Assembly (NCBI GenBank): GCA_036679645.1
Contig: JAZDCY010000038.1
Span: forward strand, 1-34,757
Source of the DNA: Gemmatimonadota bacterium
GTDB taxonomy: Bacteria > Gemmatimonadota > Gemmatimonadetes > Gemmatimonadales > GWC2-71-9
Direction: 5' to 3'
Length of the DNA: 34,757 nt
Shown here in pieces: positions 1 through 8,448 of the stretch. Made by a program: the position numbers and the translations under genes. The notes beneath the pieces are model-generated. The model saw nothing but the letters and a program-made list of their open reading frames with translations. It had not been told where the DNA came from and made no database searches. Position 1 is the stretch's first letter; each line of letters opens with the position of its first letter.

Positions 1-1
1 C

Positions 2-766
2 GGCCGGCGGTCGCGGTCCCGTCGCAATCAGCGGTTCACCCCGGCCGAATGGCAGCGCGTGCACCGGCTGTTGCAGAGGCAATGGAGTCCCGAGCAAATC
101 GCCGGCTACCTGCGGCGGCACCGCCGCCTCCGCATCAGCCATGAAACGATCTACCGCTACATCTGGGCGGACAAGCGCGAGGGGGGGAAGCTGTACATCC
201 ATCTCCGGGGTACATGCAAGCAACGCCGTAAACGCTATGGCCGCTACGATAGCCGCGGCCGCCTGACGGGCAAACGCCCTATCACCTCCCGCCCCGCCGC
301 CGTTGCGCGTCGGGCCCGCGTCGGCCACTGGGAAATCGACACGATGCTCGGGGCTGGTCAAGCGGGGGCCTGCATCCTGACACTGGTCGAGCGAAAGACC
401 GGCTACGTCCTGATCGGCCAACTGCAGGCGCGCACGACGGCAGAAGTAAACCGGCGCGCGACCCAGCTGATTCGACGCCAGCCCCGCGCGGTCCGCACGA
501 TCACTGCTGACAACGGAACTGAGTTCCATGGCTACACCGCGATCGAGCAAGCCACCCGCGCACGCTTCTACTTCGCGACGCCACACCACGCGTGGGAACG
601 CGGCACCAACGAAAACACCAACGGGCTCATCCGCCAGTACTTGCCCAAGAAACAGAGCATGGCGCACGTCACGCAACACGACTGCAATCGGATCGCCACG
701 AAACTCAACACACGGCCTCGAAAACGGCTCAACTATCGCACTCCAGAGGAATGCTATGAACCATAA
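2..766 (+). CDS. IS30-family DDE transposase, 5'-truncated by window edge
   Basis: Frame open from base 2; motifs WSPEQIAG, ISHETIYRYI, GHWEIDT, TITADNGTEF, WERGTNENTNGLIRQYLPK, LNTRPRKRLNYRTP. Confidence 0.95.
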   Translation, partial: GRRSRSRRNQRFTPAEWQRVHRLLQRQWSPEQIAGYLRRHRRLRISHETIYRYIWADKREGGKLYIHLRGTCKQRRKRYGRYDSRGRLTGKRPITSRPAAVARRARVGHWEIDTMLGAGQAGACILTLVERKTGYVLIGQLQARTTAEVNRRATQLIRRQPRAVRTITADNGTEFHGYTAIEQATRARFYFATPHHAWERGTNENTNGLIRQYLPKKQSMAHVTQHDCNRIATKLNTRPRKRLNYRTPEECYEP

Positions 767-773
767 TCTTCAA

Positions 774-799
774 TGTTGCACTTCAAAGTTGATACTAAA
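774..799 (-). repeat. IS30 right terminal inverted repeat
   Basis: Minus strand TTTAGTATCAACTTTGAAGTGCAACA (26 bp); same length and pattern as the IS30 IR as I recall it (TGTAGATTCAATTGGTCAACGCAACA); 7 bp after the transposase stop. Confidence 0.85.
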
Positions 800-1240
800 C
801 GTCATCGCTGAGCGGCTGTTGTCGGATCCCACGAGTCACTCCCCAAGGAGCCGGATCTCCTTTGGATGTGCGATCTCGGATCGGCCCGCATCCCCCACCC
901 GGCGGAGTAAGCCGGGAGCGACGTTCCAGCGCTCTCCCGCGTCAGTGACAACCGTGACGGTCTTCCGGTTGTAGCGAGTCAGCATCCCAACCACCGGTGG
1001 GCGGGCGTCAGGGTGAAACTCAACACGGTCGCCAATTCGAAACTCAAGCATCGCGGCATGCGCACGCCTCTGCTCGAGAAAGCGCAGGCGTTGAACGATG
1101 CGGTGGTTCAGGTCGCTAAGTTCTGCTTCCGTCAGCTTGTCGATATCAATCTTCATTGACAGCTCCGGGCCTTGATGTGGCGATCACCTCGCACATGGCA
1201 AACCGTGATCGCGACTACCAACCGTGGCGATGACGCATAA
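800..1240 (-). mobile_element. Integron gene cassette (first position), attC disrupted by IS30
   Basis: On the minus strand it begins G/TTATGCGTCATCGC (1241-1227) and ends GCGATGACG (808-800), the exact complement expected just before an R'' box GCATAAC; single ORF with RBS; adjacent to intI. Confidence 0.75.
836..1156 (-). CDS. Hypothetical cassette protein, 106 aa (N-terminal helix plus predicted small beta-barrel)
   Basis: ATG with GGAG 6 nt upstream; FRIGDRVEF...GMLTRYNRKTVTVVTDAGERWNVAPGLL has an SH3/KOW-like strand pattern (inference). Confidence 0.8.
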   Translation of the reverse strand: MKIDIDKLTEAELSDLNHRIVQRLRFLEQRRAHAAMLEFRIGDRVEFHPDARPPVVGMLTRYNRKTVTVVTDAGERWNVAPGLLRRVGDAGRSEIAHPKEIRLLGE

Positions 1241-1260
1241 CTCGTTGTATACGTTGTAAC
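1235..1260 (-). other. Candidate attI recombination site
   Basis: Minus strand GTTACAA-CGTATAC-AACGA-GTTATGC: core GTT box, 5-nt spacer, degenerate left box; no attC-type partner arm upstream; further GTTAGGT/GTTAGAA boxes at 1305-1294. Confidence 0.6.
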
Positions 1261-1460
1261 ACAGCGGTGACCTCGACCGCCTGTAGGGTTCATTTCTAAC
1301 CTAACCCTTTCGCGAACCTCAGAAAACCGCCCACTTCATGCGCGCTCGGCGTGGAGTGGCGGGGCGTAGCCGAGAGCAAAAAGCGACACGTGGGAGCGCG
1401 TAATTGCGTGCTGCGTAAGCGAAATTACCCGCGTTGGAGGCGACTACGGGGCGGAATGCG

Positions 1461-2124
1461 TCATAGAGCGTCCGCAGGGCTGCGGACGCCGAGTCTGCCT
1501 CGGTTCAGCACATGCGTGTAAATCATCGTGGTCCGGACGTCCCGGTGGCAAAGCAGCTCCTGCACAGTGCGAATATCGTAGCCGGATTCGAGAAGGTGAG
1601 TGGCGAACGAGTGACGGAATGTGTGACACGTCGCGCGCTTGGCAATCTCGGCCGACGCGACCGCCCGGCGCACGGCGCACGGCGCATGGCACATTCGACG
1701 GATGCCAACGGTGACGGCACAGCGCTCCACTCGCACCATCACGGTACCGACGCCGTGCCGGAAACACCCACTGCCATACCCAGTCGGTGATCGCACCCGG
1801 GAGCTTGCGATGTAACGCACCCGGTAAGGAGACTCCACCAGCGCCCGTGGCCGCGTCGCGCCGGTGCAGCGCACGTACCCGCGCCAGATGCTGCTGCAAC
1901 AGCGGTAGCTCGGCCTGCGGCAACATCGTGACACGCCCACGAGCGCCCTTCGGCTCACAGACGCGGACCTCGAGCTCCGCCTCGCCGAGTGCCTCGACAC
2001 GCCGCCGGCCCGCATACCGGACATACGCCTCGAGCCACCGGACGTATGCCTGCTCGGTCCGCCGACTGTATTGCCGCACCCGAATCGCACGCCGCACCTG
2101 GACGAGGAGCTTGTCATCCGACAT
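1461..2124 (-). pseudogene. intI: Integron integrase, internally deleted and frameshifted
   Basis: N-terminus [25 protein letters not shown]; IntI-specific patch [31 protein letters not shown]-terminus in a second frame [46 protein letters not shown]; box I (LLYGxGLR) region absent. Confidence 0.93.
1666..1686. repeat. (CGGCGCA)x3 tandem repeat at the intI frameshift
   Basis: Three perfect 7-mers; removing one joins the two IntI frames as [20 protein letters not shown]. Confidence 0.9.
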
Positions 2125-2220
2125 ACCCCACTCTGACCACAACCCGCCACCACACCGGTATCAACCGAGCGCACCGCGAACCGAACTGGCGCAACCTACC
2201 GGCAGGCAGCCACCCAACGC

Positions 2221-2258
2221 ACAACGCGTGTGCGGAACGTCATTCGCACACGCGTTGT
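2221..2258. terminator. Perfect 14-bp hairpin between the beta-propeller gene and intI (possible terminator)
   Basis: ACAACGCGTGTGCG-N10-CGCACACGCGTTGT, 35 bp after the propeller stop; no U-tract. Confidence 0.5.
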
Positions 2259-2293
2259 CGGGTTCTTGGCGAACCAGGCGCCTCGCAAAGAGA

Positions 2294-3553
2294 CTACTCG
2301 GACAACATCTCCACCCCATCGATCCGCAGCCGTACGATGTACTGCACGTCCAGATCGTCACGCCATACACCGTAGATCTTGTTCTCGACAATCACCCGCG
2401 GCGCAAACCGATCCGGCATCGTGACGACACCCAGGTAGCGGCCCCCGCGGTCCAGGACGTCCCAGCTTGGTGAGCCGAACTCCTCGAGGAAGTTGGAGGC
2501 GTCGATCTGGTCATCCGGAAGGTCAGACACCGCGCGAACGTGCTGGACCCAGATCGACCCCTGGGGACCCATCTGAATTTGGATGAACGCGGGGAGCGTC
2601 TCCCCGAAGCTGACCCGCTCCAGCAGACGGCCAATGAAAGTGGGCGGAACCGCCTGCTCCTCGAACAACTCCCGGAACAACCGGAGAATGAGATCCTTGT
2701 CGCCATCGGTGACAGGGCGCAATTCGAACGGCATCGTGACTACCCGCGTGAGGCTGTCGGACCGCGTGTACTCGCTGATGCGATACGCGTCACTGATGCC
2801 GCGCAGCAGCTGCCCGTCATCAGTGAGGCGCCAGGCCGTTTCCGGTGCGTAGATCTTCCACGCGGGAAGGCCGCCGCCAAAGCTGATGGTCTCGCCCGAG
2901 GCGAACGACGTGATCGTGTCCGTGATGCTGCCGTCCGGCCCGACGAGGAAGATGAAATCCTGCGGGGTCTCCCCCTCCTCACCCGTGATGAGCGGTCGCA
3001 CCTGCATGGCCACCAACCCGCTCGGCGTAGTCTGCCACGCCATCGGGAGACCTTGCGACTGGAAGTCCATAGGGAAGCTGCTGAGGACGCTCCCATCCGG
3101 AGCGTATCGGTTGACGCGCTGATTGGCCATGTCGGGCACTAGCAACGTGTCGCCAGCGGCCACCACGACGGCAGATCCTCCTGCCGCCGCAGCACCGATC
3201 TCTCCCGGTCCGCTTCCCGGACCGCCAATCGTCTGCTCGTATTGCCCCTCGGCCGAAAAGACCTTGACGTGCTGTCCCTGGGTGTCGAGCACGAACATCC
3301 GCCCGTCCGAAGCCACGTCGATACCGCCAACCCGACCAAACTGGTACTCGGGCTCCTCGTCCAACGACCCGATCCGCAGTTCCTCCACCACCGTCCATTG
3401 CGTCTCTTCGGTCCAAACGCCCTCCGGGGTGTTGGAGACCATCTGCACGCCCGCGCTGTCGATAATGGAGCCCGCCCATTGGGCCTCGCCCGCGGCGCAG
3501 GCCGCCGCTGCCACCATGGTGAGAAGCGCAGCGCCGTTTTTCATCGTGATCAT
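2294..3553 (-). CDS. 6-bladed (NHL-like) beta-propeller lipoprotein
   Basis: Signal peptide with AAAC lipobox; YQFGRVGGIDVASDGRMFVLD, IGGPGSGPGEI, WDVLDRGGRYLG; AGGAG abuts the ATG at 3565, so the ATG at 3553 (or 3544) is the more likely start. Confidence 0.85.
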   Translation of the reverse strand: MITMKNGAALLTMVAAAACAAGEAQWAGSIIDSAGVQMVSNTPEGVWTEETQWTVVEELRIGSLDEEPEYQFGRVGGIDVASDGRMFVLDTQGQHVKVFSAEGQYEQTIGGPGSGPGEIGAAAAGGSAVVVAAGDTLLVPDMANQRVNRYAPDGSVLSSFPMDFQSQGLPMAWQTTPSGLVAMQVRPLITGEEGETPQDFIFLVGPDGSITDTITSFASGETISFGGGLPAWKIYAPETAWRLTDDGQLLRGISDAYRISEYTRSDSLTRVVTMPFELRPVTDGDKDLILRLFRELFEEQAVPPTFIGRLLERVSFGETLPAFIQIQMGPQGSIWVQHVRAVSDLPDDQIDASNFLEEFGSPSWDVLDRGGRYLGVVTMPDRFAPRVIVENKIYGVWRDDLDVQYIVRLRIDGVEMLSE

Positions 3554-3723
3554 GTGAAACCCCATCTCCTTTTGGTGTCACAAACCTAACAGGCCGATCG
3601 CAGGCCAGGGACCATGCCCCGAAAGTCAATCTGGGAGACGCCGGCCCGGGACGCGAGCGGCCGGCCGGTCAACGGAAGGCCCTACGGGACGACCGGTCGG
3701 ATGGGTTCGTTGGGCGGATGACA

Positions 3724-3765
3724 GGGGCGATGGGGGGGCGGTTAGAATCCCCCGTTCATCGCCCC
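3724..3765 (-). terminator. GC-rich hairpin overlapping the purE stop
   Basis: GGGGCGATG (3724-3732) / CATCGCCCC (3757-3765) inverted repeat; no clear U-tract. Confidence 0.35.
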
Positions 3766-4160
3766 CCTAGAATCCTCACTGCCAACAACCCCGCATTCTT
3801 CGCGTTGCCGATTCCAACCGTTCCTACCGGACACCCCGGCGGCAGTTGCGCGATCGCATAGAGCGCATCCACACCACGTAACGGTCCCACATCCAGCGGC
3901 AACCCGATCACCGGAAGATCCGTGAGCGCGGCCACGGCACCGGGCAGCGCCGCCGCCAATCCCGCACCGGCAATGATGACGCGATACCCGTTCTTCTTGG
4001 CGTCCTTCGCGATCTGCGCCGTCCTTTCGGCGTCGCGATGGGCCGAGGAGACGACGAAGTCGTAGCCCACCCCGTGCTCTTTGAGCACGTCGCAGGCCTT
4101 CTGCACGCGCTCGCGGTCGCTCTCAGAGCCGACCATGACGAGAACAGGTTTATCGCTCAT
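3756..4160 (-). CDS. purE: AIR carboxylase / N5-CAIR mutase family protein (short form)
   Basis: VMVGSESD, SSAHR, AGLAAALPG, LPVIGLP, GVDALYAIAQLPPGCPVGTVGI, NAGLLA. Confidence 0.93.
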   Translation of the reverse strand: MSDKPVLVMVGSESDRERVQKACDVLKEHGVGYDFVVSSAHRDAERTAQIAKDAKKNGYRVIIAGAGLAAALPGAVAALTDLPVIGLPLDVGPLRGVDALYAIAQLPPGCPVGTVGIGNAKNAGLLAVRILGGR

Positions 4161-4212
4161 GAGTGTCGGGGTCGGGATCGCGGAGAATCAATCGTGCAAG
4201 GTACATCGTACA

Positions 4213-5460
4213 CTACGACCCGTACCTCCCAACGAGCAGACTCACATTATGCCCGCCAAACCCAAACGAATTAGTGAGCGCGACATCGACCGACCGCTCC
4301 ACTTTCTCGTTCGGCGCGCAGTTGAGGTCGCACTCGGGGTCGGGGTCGTCCAGGTTGATCGTGGGAGGGACTTGCCCGCTATTGAGCACCTGTACGCACA
4401 CGGCGAATTCGAGCCCGCCGGTGGCGCCCAGCAGGTGACCGGTCATCGATTTCGTAGATCCGACGATCATCTCGTACGCGTGATCGCCGAACACGTCCTT
4501 GACCGCCTTGACCTCCGCGACATCGCCGTACGGTGTCGAGGTGCCGTGCGTGTTGATGTAGCCCACATCTGTCTTGGGAATGTCCGCGTCCTCGAACGCT
4601 CCTTCCATCGCCCGTTTGGCTCCCTCGCCACCCGGCGCGGGCTGCGTGATGTGAAAGGCGTCGGCGCTCAGACCGTACCCGAGCAGCTCGGCCTGGATCT
4701 TGGCCCCGCGCGCCTTGGCGTGCTCCAGCTCCTCGAGAATCAGGATCCCTGCCCCGTCACCCATTACGAAACCGTCCCGGCCCCGGTCGAAGGGCCGTGA
4801 CGCGCGTTGGGGTTCGTCGTTTCGCGTGGAAAGTGCTTTCATGTTGGCGAAACCGGCCACCGCCAACGGCGTGATGGCGGCCTCCGCGCCACCGGTGATC
4901 ATGACGTCAGCTTCGCCCGACTGGATCAGCCGGAACGATTCGCCGAGCGCGTGCGCCGACGAGGCACACGCGGAGACGGTGCAGTAGTTGGGTCCCTTGG
5001 CCCCGGTCCTAATCGAGACTACACCAGCAGCTATATCTGGAATGAACATGGGAATAAAGAAAGGCGAGACGCGCTTGACGCCCTCCGTGAGATAGATCTT
5101 ACACTGCTCCTCGAACGTACCGATCCCACCAATACCGCTGCCGATGATGACGCCCGCACGTTCCGGCTCAGGAACCGTGTCGCCGAAACAGGCGTCCCGC
5201 ATGGCCTGCGTGGCCGCGGCAATGGCATACTGCAGGAATAGATCGTACCGGCGCGCTTCCTTCTTGGAGATCCACTGCGTGGCGTCGAAGTTCTTCACCT
5301 CGCAGCCGAAATGCACGTTGAGCCCTTCCCCCGGCGCGTCGAAGCGCTGAATGGGGGCGGCGCCGGACCGGCCGGCAAGGAGAGCCTCGAACGTCTCGCC
5401 GGCTGAGAGACCGAGCGGAGACACCACGCCCAGCCCTGTCACGACTACCCGACGTCGCAA
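4213..5460 (-). CDS. fabF: 3-oxoacyl-ACP synthase II
   Basis: RRVVVTGLG, TVSACASS, HGTST, STKSMTGHLLGA, NSFGFGGHN; TTG start directly after the acpP stop. Confidence 0.97.
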   Translation of the reverse strand: MRRRVVVTGLGVVSPLGLSAGETFEALLAGRSGAAPIQRFDAPGEGLNVHFGCEVKNFDATQWISKKEARRYDLFLQYAIAAATQAMRDACFGDTVPEPERAGVIIGSGIGGIGTFEEQCKIYLTEGVKRVSPFFIPMFIPDIAAGVVSIRTGAKGPNYCTVSACASSAHALGESFRLIQSGEADVMITGGAEAAITPLAVAGFANMKALSTRNDEPQRASRPFDRGRDGFVMGDGAGILILEELEHAKARGAKIQAELLGYGLSADAFHITQPAPGGEGAKRAMEGAFEDADIPKTDVGYINTHGTSTPYGDVAEVKAVKDVFGDHAYEMIVGSTKSMTGHLLGATGGLEFAVCVQVLNSGQVPPTINLDDPDPECDLNCAPNEKVERSVDVALTNSFGFGGHNVSLLVGRYGS

Positions 5461-5700
5461 CTAACCTTCCGTCTTGTCGTGCAGATACTTCATCGCATCG
5501 CCGACGGTGCGCAGCTTCTCCGCCTCCTCATCGGGAATGTCGATATCGAATTCCTTCTCGAGCGCCATCACGAGTTCGACCTGATCCAGACTGTCCGCTC
5601 CGAGGTCATCGATGAAACTCGCCTCTTCGTTGAGTTTCTCCCGTTCCACGCCCAACTCCTCGGCGATGATGTCTTTGACCTTGTCTTCGACGCTGCTCAT
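5461..5700 (-). CDS. acpP: Acyl carrier protein
   Basis: [20 protein letters not shown]; acidic 79-aa protein; AGAGGA RBS. Confidence 0.98.
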   Translation of the reverse strand: MSSVEDKVKDIIAEELGVEREKLNEEASFIDDLGADSLDQVELVMALEKEFDIDIPDEEAEKLRTVGDAMKYLHDKTEG

Positions 5701-5726
5701 GGACTGTCCTCTGTTGAGGTAAACAC

Positions 5727-6461
5727 TTACATCACCATACCGCCGTCGACTACGATAACCTGTCCGGTAATGTAGTCAGCCAGGTCGGATGCCAGGAAGA
5801 GCGCCGCGCGAGCAATATCCTCCGGCTGCCCGAGCCGCTTCAACGGAATATTCACGGCTAGCGCCTCGCGCTGCTCTTCCGTGAGCCGTTGCGTCATGGC
5901 CGTGTCGATGAACCCGGGAGCGATCGCATTCACGTTGACGCTGCGCGATGCCAGCTCGCGGGCCATCGACTTGGTGAACCCAATGACACCTGCCTTGGAG
6001 GCGGAGTAGTTGGCCTGGCCGGCATTCCCCATGATCCCGACGACGCTGGCAATATTGATGATCCGGCCCCACCGCCGCTTCGCCATCCCGCGCATGGTGG
6101 CCTTGGTCACAAGGAACGTACCCTTGAGATTGATGTCCAGCACGAAGTCCCACGCCGCTTCATCCATCCGCGCAAGCAGCCCGTCCTTCGTGACACCAGC
6201 GTTATTCACCAAAATGTCCACCGGCCCCAACTGATCCTCGACCGCGGCTACCGCATGCGAGACCTGCTCGCTCGACGTGACGTCGGCGACGAACCCGCGG
6301 GTGTCGCCGCCCATCTCGGTGGCCGCCCCGACCGCCAACTCCTCTGCAATATCGAAAATGGCAATCGCCGCCCCAACGCCCTGGAACGATTCGGCAATCG
6401 CGCGGCCGATACCACGCCCCGCACCGGTGACGAGCGCCACCTTGCCTGACAGATCGATCAT
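5727..6461 (-). CDS. fabG: 3-oxoacyl-ACP reductase
   Basis: [27 protein letters not shown]; start trimmed to the ATG overlapping the fabD TGA (ATGA 6461-6458). Confidence 0.97.
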   Translation of the reverse strand: MIDLSGKVALVTGAGRGIGRAIAESFQGVGAAIAIFDIAEELAVGAATEMGGDTRGFVADVTSSEQVSHAVAAVEDQLGPVDILVNNAGVTKDGLLARMDEAAWDFVLDINLKGTFLVTKATMRGMAKRRWGRIINIASVVGIMGNAGQANYSASKAGVIGFTKSMARELASRSVNVNAIAPGFIDTAMTQRLTEEQREALAVNIPLKRLGQPEDIARAALFLASDLADYITGQVIVVDGGMVM

Positions 6462-7393
6462 GCGTGTGTCTCCAAGAAATTCTCTACGTCCGCGACGGTC
6501 CCCAAACTGGTCGATACCGCCGCCCGGTCCACGCGCTTGAGCAGTCCGGCGAGCACGTTGCCGGGGCCCAACTCGACAAACAGCGCACCGGCGGCCAGCT
6601 CGAGGCTTGCGCGCATCGACTCCACCCACCGTACCGGCGCCAGGAGCTGTTCGCCCAGCAGCCGGCGGGCACTCGTCCCGTCGCGTACGGGCTCCGCACT
6701 CGCGTTGGCGATCACCGGCACAGCGGACTCCGCGAACGCCACGTCCGCCAACTCGGCTCGCAACCCCACCGCCGCCGGTTCCATGAGCGGCGAATGAAAC
6801 GCCCCACTCACCTTGAGCGGCATGACACGCTTGGCACCCGCCTCCTTGAGCACACCGCACGCCCGCTCGACCGCGGCCGGATCACCCGAAATGACGATCT
6901 GGCCCGGCGCGTTGAGGTTCGCCGGCACTACCACCTCGTCCCCATCACTCGCATCGCGGCATCCCGCCTCCACCGCCTCGGGCTCGAGCCCCATGACCGC
7001 AGCCATCGTCCCGGCCCGCTCGCGACCGGCCGCGAGCATCAACTCGCCCCGCCGCCGCACCAATCGCGCTGCATCGGCCAATGCCAGCCACCCCAGTGCA
7101 GCATACGCCGAGTACTCGCCCAAGGAATGGCCCGCCGCCCCAACCGGTTCGAGCACGTCCCCCACTACGGCATGTACCGCTAGCGTGTGCGCCAGGATGG
7201 CCGGCTGCGCGTTGTGCGTGAGCGTGAGTTCGTCCTCCGGCCCTTCCCACATGACGGTCGAGAGGCTGGCGCCCAGCGCCGCGTCCACCGCATCGAAAAC
7301 GGCACGCGCCTCCGCAAATCGCTCCGCCAGATCCTTCCCCATCCCCACCCGCTGTGCTCCCTGACCGGGACACAGCAGAAACGCTCTTACCAA
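6458..7393 (-). CDS. fabD: Malonyl-CoA:ACP transacylase
   Basis: PGQGAQ, GHSLGEYSA, VSGAFHSPLM, PVRW, ELGPG. Confidence 0.97.
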   Translation of the reverse strand: MVRAFLLCPGQGAQRVGMGKDLAERFAEARAVFDAVDAALGASLSTVMWEGPEDELTLTHNAQPAILAHTLAVHAVVGDVLEPVGAAGHSLGEYSAYAALGWLALADAARLVRRRGELMLAAGRERAGTMAAVMGLEPEAVEAGCRDASDGDEVVVPANLNAPGQIVISGDPAAVERACGVLKEAGAKRVMPLKVSGAFHSPLMEPAAVGLRAELADVAFAESAVPVIANASAEPVRDGTSARRLLGEQLLAPVRWVESMRASLELAAGALFVELGPGNVLAGLLKRVDRAAVSTSLGTVADVENFLETHA

Positions 7394-8376
7394 CGGACCA
7401 CCATGCTTGCCCAGGTGAACCCGCCCCCGAACGCCACCAACAGAATGGTGTCACCCGATTTGACGCGGCCGCTCCGTACGGCCTCGTCGAGCGCAATTGG
7501 CACGGAAGCCGCAGACGTGTTGCCGTACCGCTGGACGTTGACGTACACCTTCTCCATCGGGATTCCCGCATGCTTTGCCGTGGATTCGATGATGCGGATA
7601 TTCGCCTGGTGCGGTATGAGGAGATCGATGTCGTCGCCCGTGAGCCCAGCCAGCGCGAGTGCCTCGTCGCAGGCACTTGCCATCGACCGGACCGCGTTCT
7701 TGAACACCTCGCGACCGGCCATCTTGAGGTAATAGCCCTGTGTCGCGTCCACGCCGTTTCCAGGCGGTTGGTTGGCACCGCCGGCCGGCCGGTACAGCAG
7801 ATTGCCCAGGGTGCCGTCCGTCCTAAGGAAGTTCGACAGGATGCCGCGCTGCCCGTCGGACGTGGGCCGCAGCACCGCCACGCCAGCACCGTCGCCGAAG
7901 AGAATTGCCGTCCCGCGATCGGTGAAATCGGTGATCCGGGTCAGGCGTTCGGCGCCTACCGCGAGCACCGTGCGCGCGGTTCCGTTGGCGATCATCCCCT
8001 CGCCCACGCTCATCGCGTAGAGAAAACCGGAACAGGCCGCCCCAACATCGAAAGCGGCGGCGTTCTTGGCACCGAGTGCCGCCTGGACATCGCAGGCCTG
8101 CGACGGGAGGAGCCGATCCCACGACGCGGTGCCGACCACGATCCCATCGATCTCATCCGCCGTGATCCCCGCGTCGGCCATCGCCTGTTGCGACGCCTCA
8201 GTTACCATCATCGCGATCGTCTCGTCATCGCTCGCGTAGTGTCGCTCGCGAATCCCGGTCCGCTCGGTGATCCACTCGTCGGTCGTGTCCAACGTTTGTT
8301 CGAATTCGGCGTTCGTCACGACGCGTTTCGGCGCGTACATACCCGTTCCGGCAATCTCGGCGATCGGACGCTTCAT
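7387..8376 (-). CDS. fabH: 3-oxoacyl-ACP synthase III
   Basis: AACSGF, LFGDGAG, PHQANIRII, GNTSAAS, FGGGFTW; start at the ATG after GGGAG. Confidence 0.97.
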   Translation of the reverse strand: MKRPIAEIAGTGMYAPKRVVTNAEFEQTLDTTDEWITERTGIRERHYASDDETIAMMVTEASQQAMADAGITADEIDGIVVGTASWDRLLPSQACDVQAALGAKNAAAFDVGAACSGFLYAMSVGEGMIANGTARTVLAVGAERLTRITDFTDRGTAILFGDGAGVAVLRPTSDGQRGILSNFLRTDGTLGNLLYRPAGGANQPPGNGVDATQGYYLKMAGREVFKNAVRSMASACDEALALAGLTGDDIDLLIPHQANIRIIESTAKHAGIPMEKVYVNVQRYGNTSAASVPIALDEAVRSGRVKSGDTILLVAFGGGFTWASMVVRW

Positions 8377-8448
8377 ATCTCCCGCTTTCCGCATGTACTT
8401 GGCCGTGAATCCGCGCTCAAAACAACCATCCGCGGCCGTCCATCCGCC

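Larger units (their letters stand above)
1..799 (+). mobile_element. IS30-family insertion sequence (left end outside window)
   Basis: IS30-type transposase ending at 766, followed by a 26-bp terminal repeat at 774-799. Confidence 0.93.

Noticed and set aside
1261..1292. Bulged hairpin as an attC preceding the cassette
   Set aside because: Too short and lacks a complementary R''/R' pair with correct spacers; better read as part of the attI region
1444..2174. Two separate overlapping genes of 232 aa and 237 aa
   Set aside because: They are the two frames of one broken intI
2219..2260. Hairpin with AAC...GTT ends as a possible attC
   Set aside because: About 42 bp, shorter than attC sites, and fully paired without the unpaired spacer and L-box layout
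6462..6860. N-terminal extensions of FabG, and similarly PlsX, L32, NuoM, NuoK, NuoJ, NuoE and ArcC
   Set aside because: They overlap upstream genes; homology starts at downstream coupled start codons
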